From a virus: DNA of 64,000 bases. The translations under genes and the position numbers were made by a program. The stretch lies in IMG/VR virus record IMGVR_UViG_3300011271_000002, positions 1 through 64,000 of that record; one strand, written 5' to 3'. Positions 9,181 to 18,505 of this stretch are shown here, piece after piece (position 1 is the stretch's first letter; every line of letters begins with the position of its first letter). The notes beneath the pieces are model-generated. The model saw only the letters and a list, made by a program, of their open reading frames with translations. It searched no databases and had not been told where the DNA came from.

Positions 9181-9267
9181 ATGAACAAAGCCAAAGCCCT
9201 ACGGGTCGCGAAACGCAAAGCGAAAGCCCTGCTCGCCTCGATCCGAAAATCGCGGCGGATCAAATGA
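9181..9267 (+). CDS. 28-aa leaderless basic peptide
   Basis: ATG 7 nt after -10; MNKAKALRVAKRKAKALLASIRKSRRIK; ATGA overlap with next ORF. Confidence 0.5.
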   Translation: MNKAKALRVAKRKAKALLASIRKSRRIK

Positions 9268-9401
9268 TCTCGCTAGCGCTCGTAACCTATCTGATTGTCG
9301 TAGCGGCTATTTTTTCAGCCGCATTCGCCACAACCCCGGCAGTAATTCCAACTTGCGACGAAACGGTCGACGAGGAAGATTGCGAAGAGGCCCGTCGATG
9401 A
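9264..9401 (+). CDS. small single-TM protein
   Basis: hydrophobic N-terminus, acidic tail; ATGA overlaps on both sides. Confidence 0.5.
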   Translation: MISLALVTYLIVVAAIFSAAFATTPAVIPTCDETVDEEDCEEARR

Positions 9402-9760
9402 GCAGCGATTATATGGCTCGAGATGTCAATTGCGATCCGCCGACGCCAGAGGAAACGGACGAAACTATCCGTGCCGACTGTGGCCACTTCGAAGCCGAGA
9501 GTCGGTGTGAGCGTATTGACGACCGCCTGCTCTGCCCGGAGTGCGCAGTGGCCTGTATGGTAGCCAAGACCATGATTACCTCGTTGCTCGCAGCCTGTAA
9601 TCGGCTGCTGGATACCGAGCGCGAGATCCTGGCGATGCCAGCCGAGCAACGCGACTGGTTCATGGGAAAACCTGGACACCGCGACTGCTTTACCGTGGCG
9701 GCAGCGTTGAAGGAAATCCTGGTTGACGGAAAAAGAAGCGGGCCCAAACTGAAACTATGA
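9398..9760 (+). CDS. hypothetical protein (Cys motifs)
   Basis: coupled ORF chain. Confidence 0.6.
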   Translation: MSSDYMARDVNCDPPTPEETDETIRADCGHFEAESRCERIDDRLLCPECAVACMVAKTMITSLLAACNRLLDTEREILAMPAEQRDWFMGKPGHRDCFTVAAALKEILVDGKRSGPKLKL

Positions 9761-9972
9761 TCGCGATCCCAAAGACATCTGTGGAAATGGCCGCGAAACA
9801 ATCCCAGTCTCTTCGGTACATGGTTGACATTCCAGATCCGAACTGGGTTGACGACAATTCGCCATACATCAACGTCGGCTCGTTTGACAGCTCTGAAAAG
9901 GCGCAAGAGTTCCTGCTGGCCCGTTACGGTATGCCAGCCGACGTAGCCGCTTTCTTCATCTCGGAAATATGA
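9757..9972 (+). CDS. hypothetical protein
   Basis: coupled ORF chain. Confidence 0.6.
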   Translation: MIAIPKTSVEMAAKQSQSLRYMVDIPDPNWVDDNSPYINVGSFDSSEKAQEFLLARYGMPADVAAFFISEI

Positions 9973-10703
9973 AACGGAGAAGCATGCCCAACAAGCAGCA
10001 ATTCGCAGTAACTTTCCGCGAAGTGAGCATTCTCACGTATCGCATTCAGGCCACGAGCGCGGCACAGGCCGAAAAGCTCGCCAACGCCATGCGCGACGTT
10101 CGCGCCTGGGATCGCTACCCGCACGATGAGGACACCGAGGGAACCAATGGTGTCGAATCGATCACCGGCCCGGACGGCACGAGATATCAGGGCGCTGATG
10201 GCGCGTATCGAGCGCTCGCACGCGAAAACTATCAACGCGACGGCGAGATTGAGATCGACGATAACGCTGTAGTCTCCCGTGGTGACGACAACGGCGCGTA
10301 CGTGGCCGCCTGGTTATGGGTCGAGGGCTGCGAGCTATGCAAGGAAGCGTTGCCGGAATCGGGCGATAATTGGGAGGGGCTGTGCCCTGGCTGCGCTGAT
10401 CGCGTGTCGAATCTGATGGACAAGCGCAAGATCGAGCGCGACGCTGCGATTGCAATATGCGCCGTCGATGGCGACCGGCCAAAACGCGGTCCCAAGCCAA
10501 AGCCGACTGTATGGGTAGTGTGGCGACGCGAACAAAAGGACGCCGCGGAGCTCGTGCGCCATTTGCGATCACGCGCATATCGGGCGTGCCTGCTAGCAGA
10601 TCTGCATGATGGCAAACCAGCGTATTTCGTTCACGTGCGTCCTAAGGACGAAGCGGCAACGCTTGAAATTATCAATCGCATCAGCGCGGCGGTGGCGCAA
10701 TGA
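9969..10703 (+). CDS. hypothetical protein (start may be 9984)
   Basis: contains DGEIEIDDNAVVSRGDDNGAYVAAWLWV motif and CxxC pairs. Confidence 0.65.
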   Translation: MKRRSMPNKQQFAVTFREVSILTYRIQATSAAQAEKLANAMRDVRAWDRYPHDEDTEGTNGVESITGPDGTRYQGADGAYRALARENYQRDGEIEIDDNAVVSRGDDNGAYVAAWLWVEGCELCKEALPESGDNWEGLCPGCADRVSNLMDKRKIERDAAIAICAVDGDRPKRGPKPKPTVWVVWRREQKDAAELVRHLRSRAYRACLLADLHDGKPAYFVHVRPKDEAATLEIINRISAAVAQ

Positions 10704-12190
10704 TCGGCCCCGAGTTCTTCCCAACGCCGGCCAGAATCATCCATCAGATGTTGGCGAAAATATCGAACGATGCCGAGCACTTTCTGGAGCCCAGCGCGGG
10801 CAGGGGCGACATCGCACAGGCGATCAAAGAACGCGGCTATGATCGCCGCTCTCGCAATGTCGATTGCATCGAAAGCTCGCCGGATCTAATTTCGGTGCTG
10901 CTCGGCAAAGATTTCCCGGTCGTTGGTTTCGATTGGCTGACATACACCGGCGTCTGCTACTACGATGCAATCGTGATGAATCCGCCCTTCAGCAACGGGG
11001 AAGATCATCTACTCCGCGCCTGGGACTTCATGCATAACGGCGAGATTGTCTGCCTGCTGAACGAAGAAACCATCAAGAATCCGCACACAGCCGCGCGTCA
11101 AAGACTGGCGACGATCATCGCCAACCACGGCGAGATTGAATATCTTGGCGATTGTTTCGCTACCGGCGCGGCCCGCAGAACAGGTGCTCGCGTTGCGATG
11201 ATCTATCTCAAAAAGGCGGGCGAGGATGATCGTATCGATCTATGGGCGACGGCGAGCGAGGAACGCAAGCCCGATGAGGGCATCGGGGCGGATCCGAACA
11301 TGTTGGCGATACGAGATAACCTCGGCAACATGCAGCACTACTATGACGCCGCGAACGAGCATATGCTCAAAGCATTCCAGCATATTCGAAAGGCCGCGCT
11401 TTACATGGGCGCTAACGATCTCAGTCCATCAACCAGCGACTATGCCCATATCTTGCCGCTGGCTCTGTCAAACATCAACAGCGCCCGAGCTGAGTTCATT
11501 CGGAAGCACCGGCATGATGCCTGGGTGCACGTGTTCGACAAAATGCAGTTCCACAAATGGCTCGACAAAAAGCAGCGCGATGAATTCCTGCGCGACATTG
11601 AACTGAGCGGGAACATTCCTTTCACCGCCGACAACATCAAGGGCACACTGGAGAACGTGTTTACTCAGCGCAAGAGGCTGTTTGAAAAATCCGTCACCAA
11701 CGTGTTCGATGAACTGACGCGCTACTTCAAGGGGAACACCAATCACGTTGAAGGTTGGAAGTCTAACGATATCCACAAGGTTAATAAAAAGCTAGTATTC
11801 CCGTGGGGCTGCGAGTTCGACCGCAAGTTCGGCGACGTGTTCAACCTTCGCTGGCGCGGTGATATAGATATTTATGCCGATCTGGATCGCGTGCTTTGCG
11901 TGCTTGACGGAGAGGACTTCGAGAGTGTTCTTGGCATAGGCGGGGCCCTCCAGCATGCATTCGAAACACTGAAGCGTATCAAATATGGCCAAATTCCCTG
12001 CGCGCGGACTGAACCAGAGCGTGATGCCGTCAAACAGAAATGCAGTAGCCGGTATTTCGATATCAGGTTTTTTAAGAAGGGGACAGTCCACCTAGTGTGG
12101 AAGCGCCTTGATCTGTGGGAGAAATTCAATACGACTGCGGCAGCCGGCCGCCGCTGGATTGGATGCGATACGAAAGGAAATGTCGCATGA
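10700..12190 (+). CDS. DNA methyltransferase with DUF4942 domain
   Basis: LEPSAGRG motif I, IVMNPPF motif IV, C-terminal YFDIRFFKKGTVHL. Confidence 0.85.
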   Translation: MIGPEFFPTPARIIHQMLAKISNDAEHFLEPSAGRGDIAQAIKERGYDRRSRNVDCIESSPDLISVLLGKDFPVVGFDWLTYTGVCYYDAIVMNPPFSNGEDHLLRAWDFMHNGEIVCLLNEETIKNPHTAARQRLATIIANHGEIEYLGDCFATGAARRTGARVAMIYLKKAGEDDRIDLWATASEERKPDEGIGADPNMLAIRDNLGNMQHYYDAANEHMLKAFQHIRKAALYMGANDLSPSTSDYAHILPLALSNINSARAEFIRKHRHDAWVHVFDKMQFHKWLDKKQRDEFLRDIELSGNIPFTADNIKGTLENVFTQRKRLFEKSVTNVFDELTRYFKGNTNHVEGWKSNDIHKVNKKLVFPWGCEFDRKFGDVFNLRWRGDIDIYADLDRVLCVLDGEDFESVLGIGGALQHAFETLKRIKYGQIPCARTEPERDAVKQKCSSRYFDIRFFKKGTVHLVWKRLDLWEKFNTTAAAGRRWIGCDTKGNVA

Positions 12191-12501
12191 TGGCAATCGC
12201 GATAGCGATTCTGATCTCAGCCGCCCTGCTTTGCGCGACCGCGCTTGTCTGCTTTTCGCTGGGCGCATTTGCGCAGCGGCAAGGGCGCACCTTGATCCTG
12301 CGAGCGAATGTCACCGATGCCGAAACCGGCGAGCTGTTCACTTGCAGCCTCTATCGCGTCGATGGCTGCTACCGCTGGCACAATTACCGCGGCGAGTCGT
12401 TTGGGATCGACTATCATTCCATGAGCCAGGCCCGCGAGTGCTTCGAGCTTGAGTGTTGGAGCGCTCAGGAAACGTTCCGTACGGAATTCAAAGAAGTCTA
12501 G
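12187..12501 (+). CDS. hypothetical membrane-anchored protein
   Basis: hydrophobic N-terminus; ATGA overlap. Confidence 0.55.
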   Translation: MMAIAIAILISAALLCATALVCFSLGAFAQRQGRTLILRANVTDAETGELFTCSLYRVDGCYRWHNYRGESFGIDYHSMSQARECFELECWSAQETFRTEFKEV

Positions 12502-12522
12502 TTTTAGGAAAGGGTGAACCAC

Positions 12523-12756
12523 ATGAAAACCAAAGGATGGAAGCAGAGCGATCTGCGAAGACTCGAAAGGCAAGGAGCCATCGCTCTATCGCTGTACGCA
12601 CAAGGGCCGTCAAATCCGGAATATGCCAGCCGCATCGACGCCGAGCGCGTTACGCTCGAGTTCGCGCAAAAGAGCGCGCGCCCGCTGGATGCCGGCAAAG
12701 AGCCAATTGGCGATAGCCCGCTTTTTGGCGGACAGCGACAGGAGGATCTATTCTGA
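12523..12756 (+). CDS. hypothetical protein
   Basis: RBS GAAAGGGTGA; ends SPLFGG..Q.DLF. Confidence 0.6.
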   Translation: MKTKGWKQSDLRRLERQGAIALSLYAQGPSNPEYASRIDAERVTLEFAQKSARPLDAGKEPIGDSPLFGGQRQEDLF

Positions 12757-13007
12757 TGACTCACCGAATAGCTTTCAACTGCGATCTGTTCATGGATGTC
12801 GAGGCCCCGGCAGAGGCGACTAGCGAGGATCTTGAGCGCCACGTAATAGCGCGATGGCGCGATAGTTCGCCTGGGGCGATTCAGACTACCGAGGACATCG
12901 GCTTTACGGTACCGGCGCTCGGGGATGATGTTAGAATTCATCCGCGAGTGGAAGGGCCGCGGAATGTCAGTCTCGAAAACTTCACCGTAGAAAATGTGTC
13001 GCAATGA
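12756..13007 (+). CDS. hypothetical protein
   Basis: coupled to both neighbours. Confidence 0.55.
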   Translation: MTHRIAFNCDLFMDVEAPAEATSEDLERHVIARWRDSSPGAIQTTEDIGFTVPALGDDVRIHPRVEGPRNVSLENFTVENVSQ

Positions 13008-13870
13008 CGCCGCTCGTGGAGAAATACCGTCCTCGCACGCTCGATGCATTCGCCGGACTCGCCGGCCCACGCGCCATATTGGGTGCTCTCGCGGCGAATC
13101 CGTATCCGTCCGCGTGGCTTTTCCTCGGTCCTAGCGGCCTGGGTAAAACAACAATGGCGCTGGCACTCGCTGAGGCGATCGGCGGTACCGTCTATCACAT
13201 TGCCTCCAGGCAATGTGATCTGGCAACGGTGGATGACGTTTGCCACAAATGCTGGTATGTGCCGATGACCGGCAGGTGGAATTTCGTGATTTGTGATGAG
13301 AGCGATCAGATGACGCGCGCGGCACAGCTAGCGTTCCTGTCCAAGCTCGATACTACGGCGGCGCCACCGAACACGATCTTCATGTTCACCGCAAACGAAA
13401 CCACGTTGCTCGAAAAGCGATTTCTGAGTCGGTGCAGGACGGTTAAATTCTCAAACGACGCGGCGCTGCTCGATCCAGCGATAGCGCTGCTCGCCAGAAT
13501 CTGGGCGGCCGAAGCGCCTGGGCGCGCGGAGCCGGACTTTCAGGCGATGATGTGTGCCAGCGAATTCAACATCCGATCAGCCATTATGACGCTTGAAATG
13601 GAATTGCTTGCAGGCGGGTCTTTTGTGCCTTTCAATCCGCCGATTGCAGTCGAGAAAGCCGCTAAGCCGCTCGCGGCGCGGTCGGAAAGACGATCTATCG
13701 TGCATGTCTCTCATGGCTGCGGCGGTGACGTGGTGAACGCCTATGAGCTTGCAGCGTTGCTCAAAATCAACGTGGCGACAATCTACAATCGAGTTAAGCG
13801 CGGGATGTTGCCCAAGCCGAATCGCGCCGGGCGTTCGATGACTTGGCGACGCGCGGAAATCGAGGCGTAA
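13004..13870 (+). CDS. clamp-loader-like (RFC/DnaX family) AAA+ ATPase with C-terminal AlpA/excisionase-like HTH
   Basis: EKYRP, GPSGLGKT, ICDESD, FLSRC; C-terminal ELAALLKINVATIYNRVKRGMLPKP. Confidence 0.8.
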   Translation: MTPLVEKYRPRTLDAFAGLAGPRAILGALAANPYPSAWLFLGPSGLGKTTMALALAEAIGGTVYHIASRQCDLATVDDVCHKCWYVPMTGRWNFVICDESDQMTRAAQLAFLSKLDTTAAPPNTIFMFTANETTLLEKRFLSRCRTVKFSNDAALLDPAIALLARIWAAEAPGRAEPDFQAMMCASEFNIRSAIMTLEMELLAGGSFVPFNPPIAVEKAAKPLAARSERRSIVHVSHGCGGDVVNAYELAALLKINVATIYNRVKRGMLPKPNRAGRSMTWRRAEIEA

Positions 13871-13872
13871 TC

Positions 13873-14304
13873 GTGAAAGTGTTGAGTGTCCGTCAGCCCT
13901 GGACTTGGCTCATCGTAAACGGGTTCAAGAATATCGAAAACCGCGTGTGGTATACCAACTATCGCGGCGAGTTATTGATTCATGCAGCGTTGAAACTGGA
14001 TCCGAACATCAAACAGATTCGCCAGCTTTGCGAATCGCGCGGCATAGTTTTACCGGAGAGTTTCGAGCGTGGCGGCATCGTCGGCAGAGCCATGTTGGTA
14101 GATTGTGTCATGTCGCATCCGAGTGTCTGGTTCAACGGGCCTTATGGCCTTGTGCTAAGCGCCGGGTGCCCTTTAGAATTTCAGAAACTACGGGGATGTC
14201 TTGGACTGTTTAATTTTGAATCGGCGATTGAAGCGGATCGCCTCGAAACGGATCGGCGCGTCAACCGTTCGCAATCAATCGCTCAGCGGCCGCTTTTTCC
14301 ATAG
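13873..14304 (+). CDS. ASCH domain protein (paralog of 6067-6519)
   Basis: LSVRQPWTWLIVNGFKNIENRVW.T.YRG.LLIHA. Confidence 0.9.
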   Translation: MKVLSVRQPWTWLIVNGFKNIENRVWYTNYRGELLIHAALKLDPNIKQIRQLCESRGIVLPESFERGGIVGRAMLVDCVMSHPSVWFNGPYGLVLSAGCPLEFQKLRGCLGLFNFESAIEADRLETDRRVNRSQSIAQRPLFP

Positions 14305-15388
14305 CAGGTCCACAATATTCAAACACGCCGCACGGTCGTCCGCCCCATTTATCACTGCAACTGCTCTCGCTTAGACTGGATGCGGGCGAGAAGTTCCCCG
14401 CCTGTTTTTCCATTCTCCAATTCGGCGATTTGGCGCTGGATCGAACGAACGCCGGATGCGCCGGGTAGTTTCGCATCCGCCGGCCGATGACTTTGTACGC
14501 CGCGCCCAAATGATCGAGCAGCACAAACGCCAGTCCCAAGCCCTGCCAGTCCGGTAGCGTCACGATGCGCGATACACCGGCGATCCATTCGCCCTTGCGT
14601 TTACCGTTGCTGATCGGTTTGGGCAGCATTCCGCAAAACGTCGCGAGGCGGTCACCAATCCAGAGTCCGTAGCAACGCGCTCCACGATGCAATTCGCCTG
14701 TCAAATAGTGAAACGGAGCGAACATTTGCCAAGCGGCGTAAGGGACGCGACTGATCGTGACATCGAGTGTTGGGCGTCGCTGAAGCGACCTCCGCGCGAA
14801 ATGCATCGTGGCGGGCTCGAACACCCAATCCGGTTGCAACCACTCGATGATGTCGAAATGGCAACTGACGGCCACGAATTTCCGCTTGTTTCGTCGAACC
14901 CATTTCTGTACGGCATGCGCCCCGATTTGCGCTACTTGCCGATCCACCACGCTGGTGAATTCATCGACAACTATTGGATCCGGCAATTCGAGGATTCGCC
15001 GCGCCAGGTCGACGCGAAACTTTTCCCCGTTCGAAAGCGCGTCGTGCGGACGCAGCCAGGCCGGTATGGTATTGAAGCCCACCGCTTGACATGCCGCAGA
15101 AATTTCTTTCATTGAAACAGCGGTAGAAAAATCGTCGATCACGCTCTTACCGTTCCATTGCAATTCCGGCTGAAAATGATCGCCGAACGCTTGTCGCGCG
15201 ATAGTCGTTTTGCCGGATCCACTTGGCCCCACAATCAAAGCGACGTTCCAATCAAACTCTTCAATGGGGAGATCGCCGTGCCAGTCCAGTCTGCATTTGT
15301 CGCTGGCTGGAATGTCAAACATCGCTTCAAGCTGGCGGCAACGCGACGAACGCGACAATTCGCTTTCGATTGTGATATCGATTTTCAA
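14261..15388 (-). CDS. ABC-type ATPase fused to GNAT/Mom-like acetyltransferase
   Basis: GPSGSGKT, LSNGEKFR signature, VVDEF; C-terminal SRIVTLPDWQGLGLA acetyl-CoA motif. Confidence 0.85.
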   Translation of the reverse strand: MKIDITIESELSRSSRCRQLEAMFDIPASDKCRLDWHGDLPIEEFDWNVALIVGPSGSGKTTIARQAFGDHFQPELQWNGKSVIDDFSTAVSMKEISAACQAVGFNTIPAWLRPHDALSNGEKFRVDLARRILELPDPIVVDEFTSVVDRQVAQIGAHAVQKWVRRNKRKFVAVSCHFDIIEWLQPDWVFEPATMHFARRSLQRRPTLDVTISRVPYAAWQMFAPFHYLTGELHRGARCYGLWIGDRLATFCGMLPKPISNGKRKGEWIAGVSRIVTLPDWQGLGLAFVLLDHLGAAYKVIGRRMRNYPAHPAFVRSSAKSPNWRMEKQAGNFSPASSLSESSCSDKWGGRPCGVFEYCGPAMEKAAAERLIANG

Positions 15389-15395
15389 GTCAAGT

Positions 15396-16073
15396 TCAAT
15401 TGATGAGAGGCTTACATTTCAGCCCCTCTGTTTCGAAGCGTTCCAATAATTCGGTTTGCTTCTCTTCCGATTCGCACTCAACGATGATTCTGAATTCGAG
15501 CCCCGCGTCATCGCCGCCGGAATTGCGTGATGGCTCAACATCCGGATCGTCCAGCATTTTGGCAAGCTGCAGATCGTCGAAGGCAGTGAGCGTGAGGTCA
15601 AGATCCAAATTGTCCAGTTGGATTTCGCTCATCTCTTTTTTCAACAGGTCGTTGTCCCAGCTCGTTTCCTCATGGGTACGATTGTCGGCAATCCGAAGCA
15701 GTCTCACCTTCTCTGGCGAAAGCCCCTTCGCTACGTGCACGGGCACTTCCTGGAGTTTGAGGCGGCGAGCGCCCCGCCGGCGGACATGGCCGATGATGAT
15801 GACGCCATTTTCATCGACCACGATCGGTGCGCGGAAGCCAAATTCCCGGATCGATTTGGCGACTTTGGTGACCGCCTCGAAGGTGATCTTGCGCGCGTTA
15901 TTCGGATAATCTTTCGGCTTCTCGGTTGGCCACATCTCGACCGAAAAGGAACTGCCACCCGTTGCGGGCGTCGCCAAAGTCGAATCAAGCGTTTTAGGAT
16001 CTATTCGTCCGGCAGACTCTACGGCCGTCTTTTCTGTCACTGGCGTATCGACCGTCGATGATGATTTACCCAT
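15396..16073 (-). CDS. ParB/Srx N-terminal domain protein
   Basis: YPNNAR, SIREFGF..PIVVD...II.GH.R, LRIADNR. Confidence 0.85.
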   Translation of the reverse strand: MGKSSSTVDTPVTEKTAVESAGRIDPKTLDSTLATPATGGSSFSVEMWPTEKPKDYPNNARKITFEAVTKVAKSIREFGFRAPIVVDENGVIIIGHVRRRGARRLKLQEVPVHVAKGLSPEKVRLLRIADNRTHEETSWDNDLLKKEMSEIQLDNLDLDLTLTAFDDLQLAKMLDDPDVEPSRNSGGDDAGLEFRIIVECESEEKQTELLERFETEGLKCKPLIN

Positions 16074-16088
16074 GTGTCTAATCCTAAC

Positions 16089-16733
16089 CTAGAGCGGCAT
16101 CCATTCGGGAGTCGGATCCTTTTTGCAGGTGTTGGTGGCGTGGCAGTTGGCAATCATCAGGTCTCTTGGCCCACGACCAGGCTGCAGATCGCCGGCTCCG
16201 TCCATTGTCACGAGCTGGTCATTGGCGTGAGCCTGAATGGAGAAAGCGTTATCCTCGCCGATCTGCACCGCCTGAAAAGGATGAGTGCGCCACCACTCGC
16301 GTCGATAGACCAGCGAGGTTCCTAGTCCGATATGAGGCACACCCATGTATTTCCACCAGCGACTGCCGTCCGTGAATTTCATGGAATGGAATCCGACCAC
16401 CGCCACGGAAGCGCTGTCTAACTTTTCCATTTGGATCGCGAGACGGTTAGGAGCAGAGTAGTCGTCATCGTCCCAATGCGCGATAAATTCGCCACTCGCC
16501 AGGCTACAACCGATGTTGCGGAGCTCGCCGATCGTCAGTGGCGGCACGCGGTGATACTGCAAACGATCCCGCAACGAATCGGGAAACTCCACGCCCCATT
16601 GTTGAATCGAATCCTTACCGTTGTCCACGATCAGCAGATAGGAATCGCGATAGGTCTGCGTCTCGAAATTATTGATGGCCGCGCGCGCCCAGTCTGGGCG
16701 ATCTGCGGTGAGCATTAGGCAGGCAACCCTCAT
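16089..16733 (-). CDS. glycosyltransferase family 2
   Basis: LLIVDNG, IGELRNIG, IAHWDDDD, GED motif. Confidence 0.85.
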   Translation of the reverse strand: MRVACLMLTADRPDWARAAINNFETQTYRDSYLLIVDNGKDSIQQWGVEFPDSLRDRLQYHRVPPLTIGELRNIGCSLASGEFIAHWDDDDYSAPNRLAIQMEKLDSASVAVVGFHSMKFTDGSRWWKYMGVPHIGLGTSLVYRREWWRTHPFQAVQIGEDNAFSIQAHANDQLVTMDGAGDLQPGRGPRDLMIANCHATNTCKKDPTPEWMPL

Positions 16734-17119
16734 GCGGCCTGCGGACCCAGCGCCAAACAATTAACCTCGAGAACCACGTTTCGTTCAAGCACATTCTCGA
16801 TACTCTCTATCGAATATGTGGTGCCCGTGGTTTGATTGTAGATCTGCATCCTCTCTTGAAGTCCCGGCATGAACCACATCGCGAGCGATAGAAAAAGCTG
16901 GCTCGTGGTTTGGCCGCCCTTAATCACATCTTTCCCGCTGATGGGCGAGATGGCCGCCCAAACTTGAGCGAATTCCGTCCATTTCTGAATTGGTCCAGCG
17001 GCATCAAAACTAGGAGGACTGGTGGGGCCGTATTGATTGATCGTAACCCTGTGAATCATCCGGCCGATTTCGATAGACGGCCATCCATCGGTGATCGTGA
17101 CAAAGGAGGACGTGGGCAT
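16730..17119 (-). CDS. head-closure / head-tail adaptor (SPP1 gp16-like)
   Basis: IGRMIHRVTI, WTEFAQVWAAISPISG; synteny. Confidence 0.8.
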   Translation of the reverse strand: MPTSSFVTITDGWPSIEIGRMIHRVTINQYGPTSPPSFDAAGPIQKWTEFAQVWAAISPISGKDVIKGGQTTSQLFLSLAMWFMPGLQERMQIYNQTTGTTYSIESIENVLERNVVLEVNCLALGPQAA

Positions 17120-17131
17120 TTTTCAATTCAA

Positions 17132-17731
17132 TTATTTGATGTCGGTTCGACTCGACAGGAGTTCGCTGAGCGGCGCCACGGTTGGACATGGCTTCATTTG
17201 CGCCACCGACTTTCCAGTAAATAAGCCTCTTCGTATTTTGCCTATAGCGGCCGTCACCGACTGCGAAATGCTGCTGGGATGCACCCCAAACCTTTTGCCG
17301 ATCTGTACCTGCGTGGCTCCTCTCAGGAATTGTAATCGCATGCAGGCGTTCTCGCGCTTGGTTAAGGCGACTGCTGTCAAAATAGTCCCCACATCGACAC
17401 AAGCACAAACTAGGTCTTCAAAGTGCGGTGGTGGCGTTGTTTCGATAGTCGGCTCCGAAAGCGACCTGAGATATTCTAAGAGTTCCCCGCGAATACGATA
17501 TTGAGCGAAAGTGCTCAATCGCACTCCTCTGCCGGGATCGTATCGATCCACCGCTTCAACGGCCCCAATCCACGCCGGACCAATCAAGTCCTCGTAGTAG
17601 ACACCGGGAGACGCCCGGCGCAGCACGCTGCGGATCTGAAACTTTACCTCATGTTCCAGAGAGAGAATCTGTTGCTGTCGCAACTCGTCGGCGCTATTAC
17701 GATTCAAAATCAATGCGTCACATTTATTCAT
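17132..17731 (-). CDS. sigma-70 family RNA polymerase sigma factor (FliA/SigF-like)
   Basis: region 2 EDLIG..IG.VEAVDRYDPGRGVRLSTFAQYRIRG; region 4 HTH TQVQIG..FGV..S.ISQ. Confidence 0.85.
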   Translation of the reverse strand: MNKCDALILNRNSADELRQQQILSLEHEVKFQIRSVLRRASPGVYYEDLIGPAWIGAVEAVDRYDPGRGVRLSTFAQYRIRGELLEYLRSLSEPTIETTPPPHFEDLVCACVDVGTILTAVALTKRENACMRLQFLRGATQVQIGKRFGVHPSSISQSVTAAIGKIRRGLFTGKSVAQMKPCPTVAPLSELLSSRTDIK

Positions 17732-17763
17732 CGTCGGGAAAGCCCTCTCGTACTTGCCATCTT

Positions 17764-18501
17764 TTAGCCTCTGGTCGGCGCCCAGTCCACCACGGCATTA
17801 TTCATGAAGATTTGTGCAATGGCGTCCGGAACTTTCCCGGCTGATCCCCGATTGTTATACCAATATGCCACCAGGTTCAGAATGCCGAGAATGTGCATGT
17901 GCGGAATCGCGGTAACGATGGTGGAGTCCGGCTGTTGACTTCCAGGCGGGCTCGTGACGTGAGTGTCGGTCGCCGCGGCGGGATTCGGATCGTAGCCGGC
18001 GGTGAACACGATCTCTACTGCATTCGCCACGTACAAATTAGCCGGCCAATACTGCCCGGGGCGAGGAAAGATTCGTGCTGGCTCCGCAATCCGGTCCAGC
18101 ACGAAATCAACGTCCTGGTGGAGCGTCACCGGGTTGCCGTCAGTTCCGATATAACGCATCGATTCCACGCTGATGACCGGCGAGTATCCGAGTTTGATCA
18201 TCTGCGAATAGTTCCAGAGCGTGGTAGAGTACCGCGGCAGACTGTAGTAGCTCGGCGGATAGGCAAGCTGCGAGCCCACAGTATCGGTGTAGTAGGGATG
18301 ACTGTCCAGAACCTGAACGAATTGACGCTTCGCCAAGGACCGGCAGCTATAAATCTCGCCTTGCTCCCTGGCCGCCTGAATGAAACCAGAAATGAAATCG
18401 TCCTCGGTGATCAGATAGTCCGGCAGTTTCAGCCAACGCTTGACGGTATCGGGAGTCACCGGTTCCGCGATCGGGAGCGCGATTTGTCGGCAATAACCCA
18501 C
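17764..18501 (-). CDS. head-tail connector protein (gp6/gp15-like)
   Basis: AEPVT...VK.WL..EDD.I...I.AARE; AVEI.FTAGY; LVAYWYNNR. Confidence 0.85.
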   Translation of the reverse strand: MGYCRQIALPIAEPVTPDTVKRWLKLPDYLITEDDFISGFIQAAREQGEIYSCRSLAKRQFVQVLDSHPYYTDTVGSQLAYPPSYYSLPRYSTTLWNYSQMIKLGYSPVISVESMRYIGTDGNPVTLHQDVDFVLDRIAEPARIFPRPGQYWPANLYVANAVEIVFTAGYDPNPAAATDTHVTSPPGSQQPDSTIVTAIPHMHILGILNLVAYWYNNRGSAGKVPDAIAQIFMNNAVVDWAPTRG

Positions 18502-18505
18502 CTGG

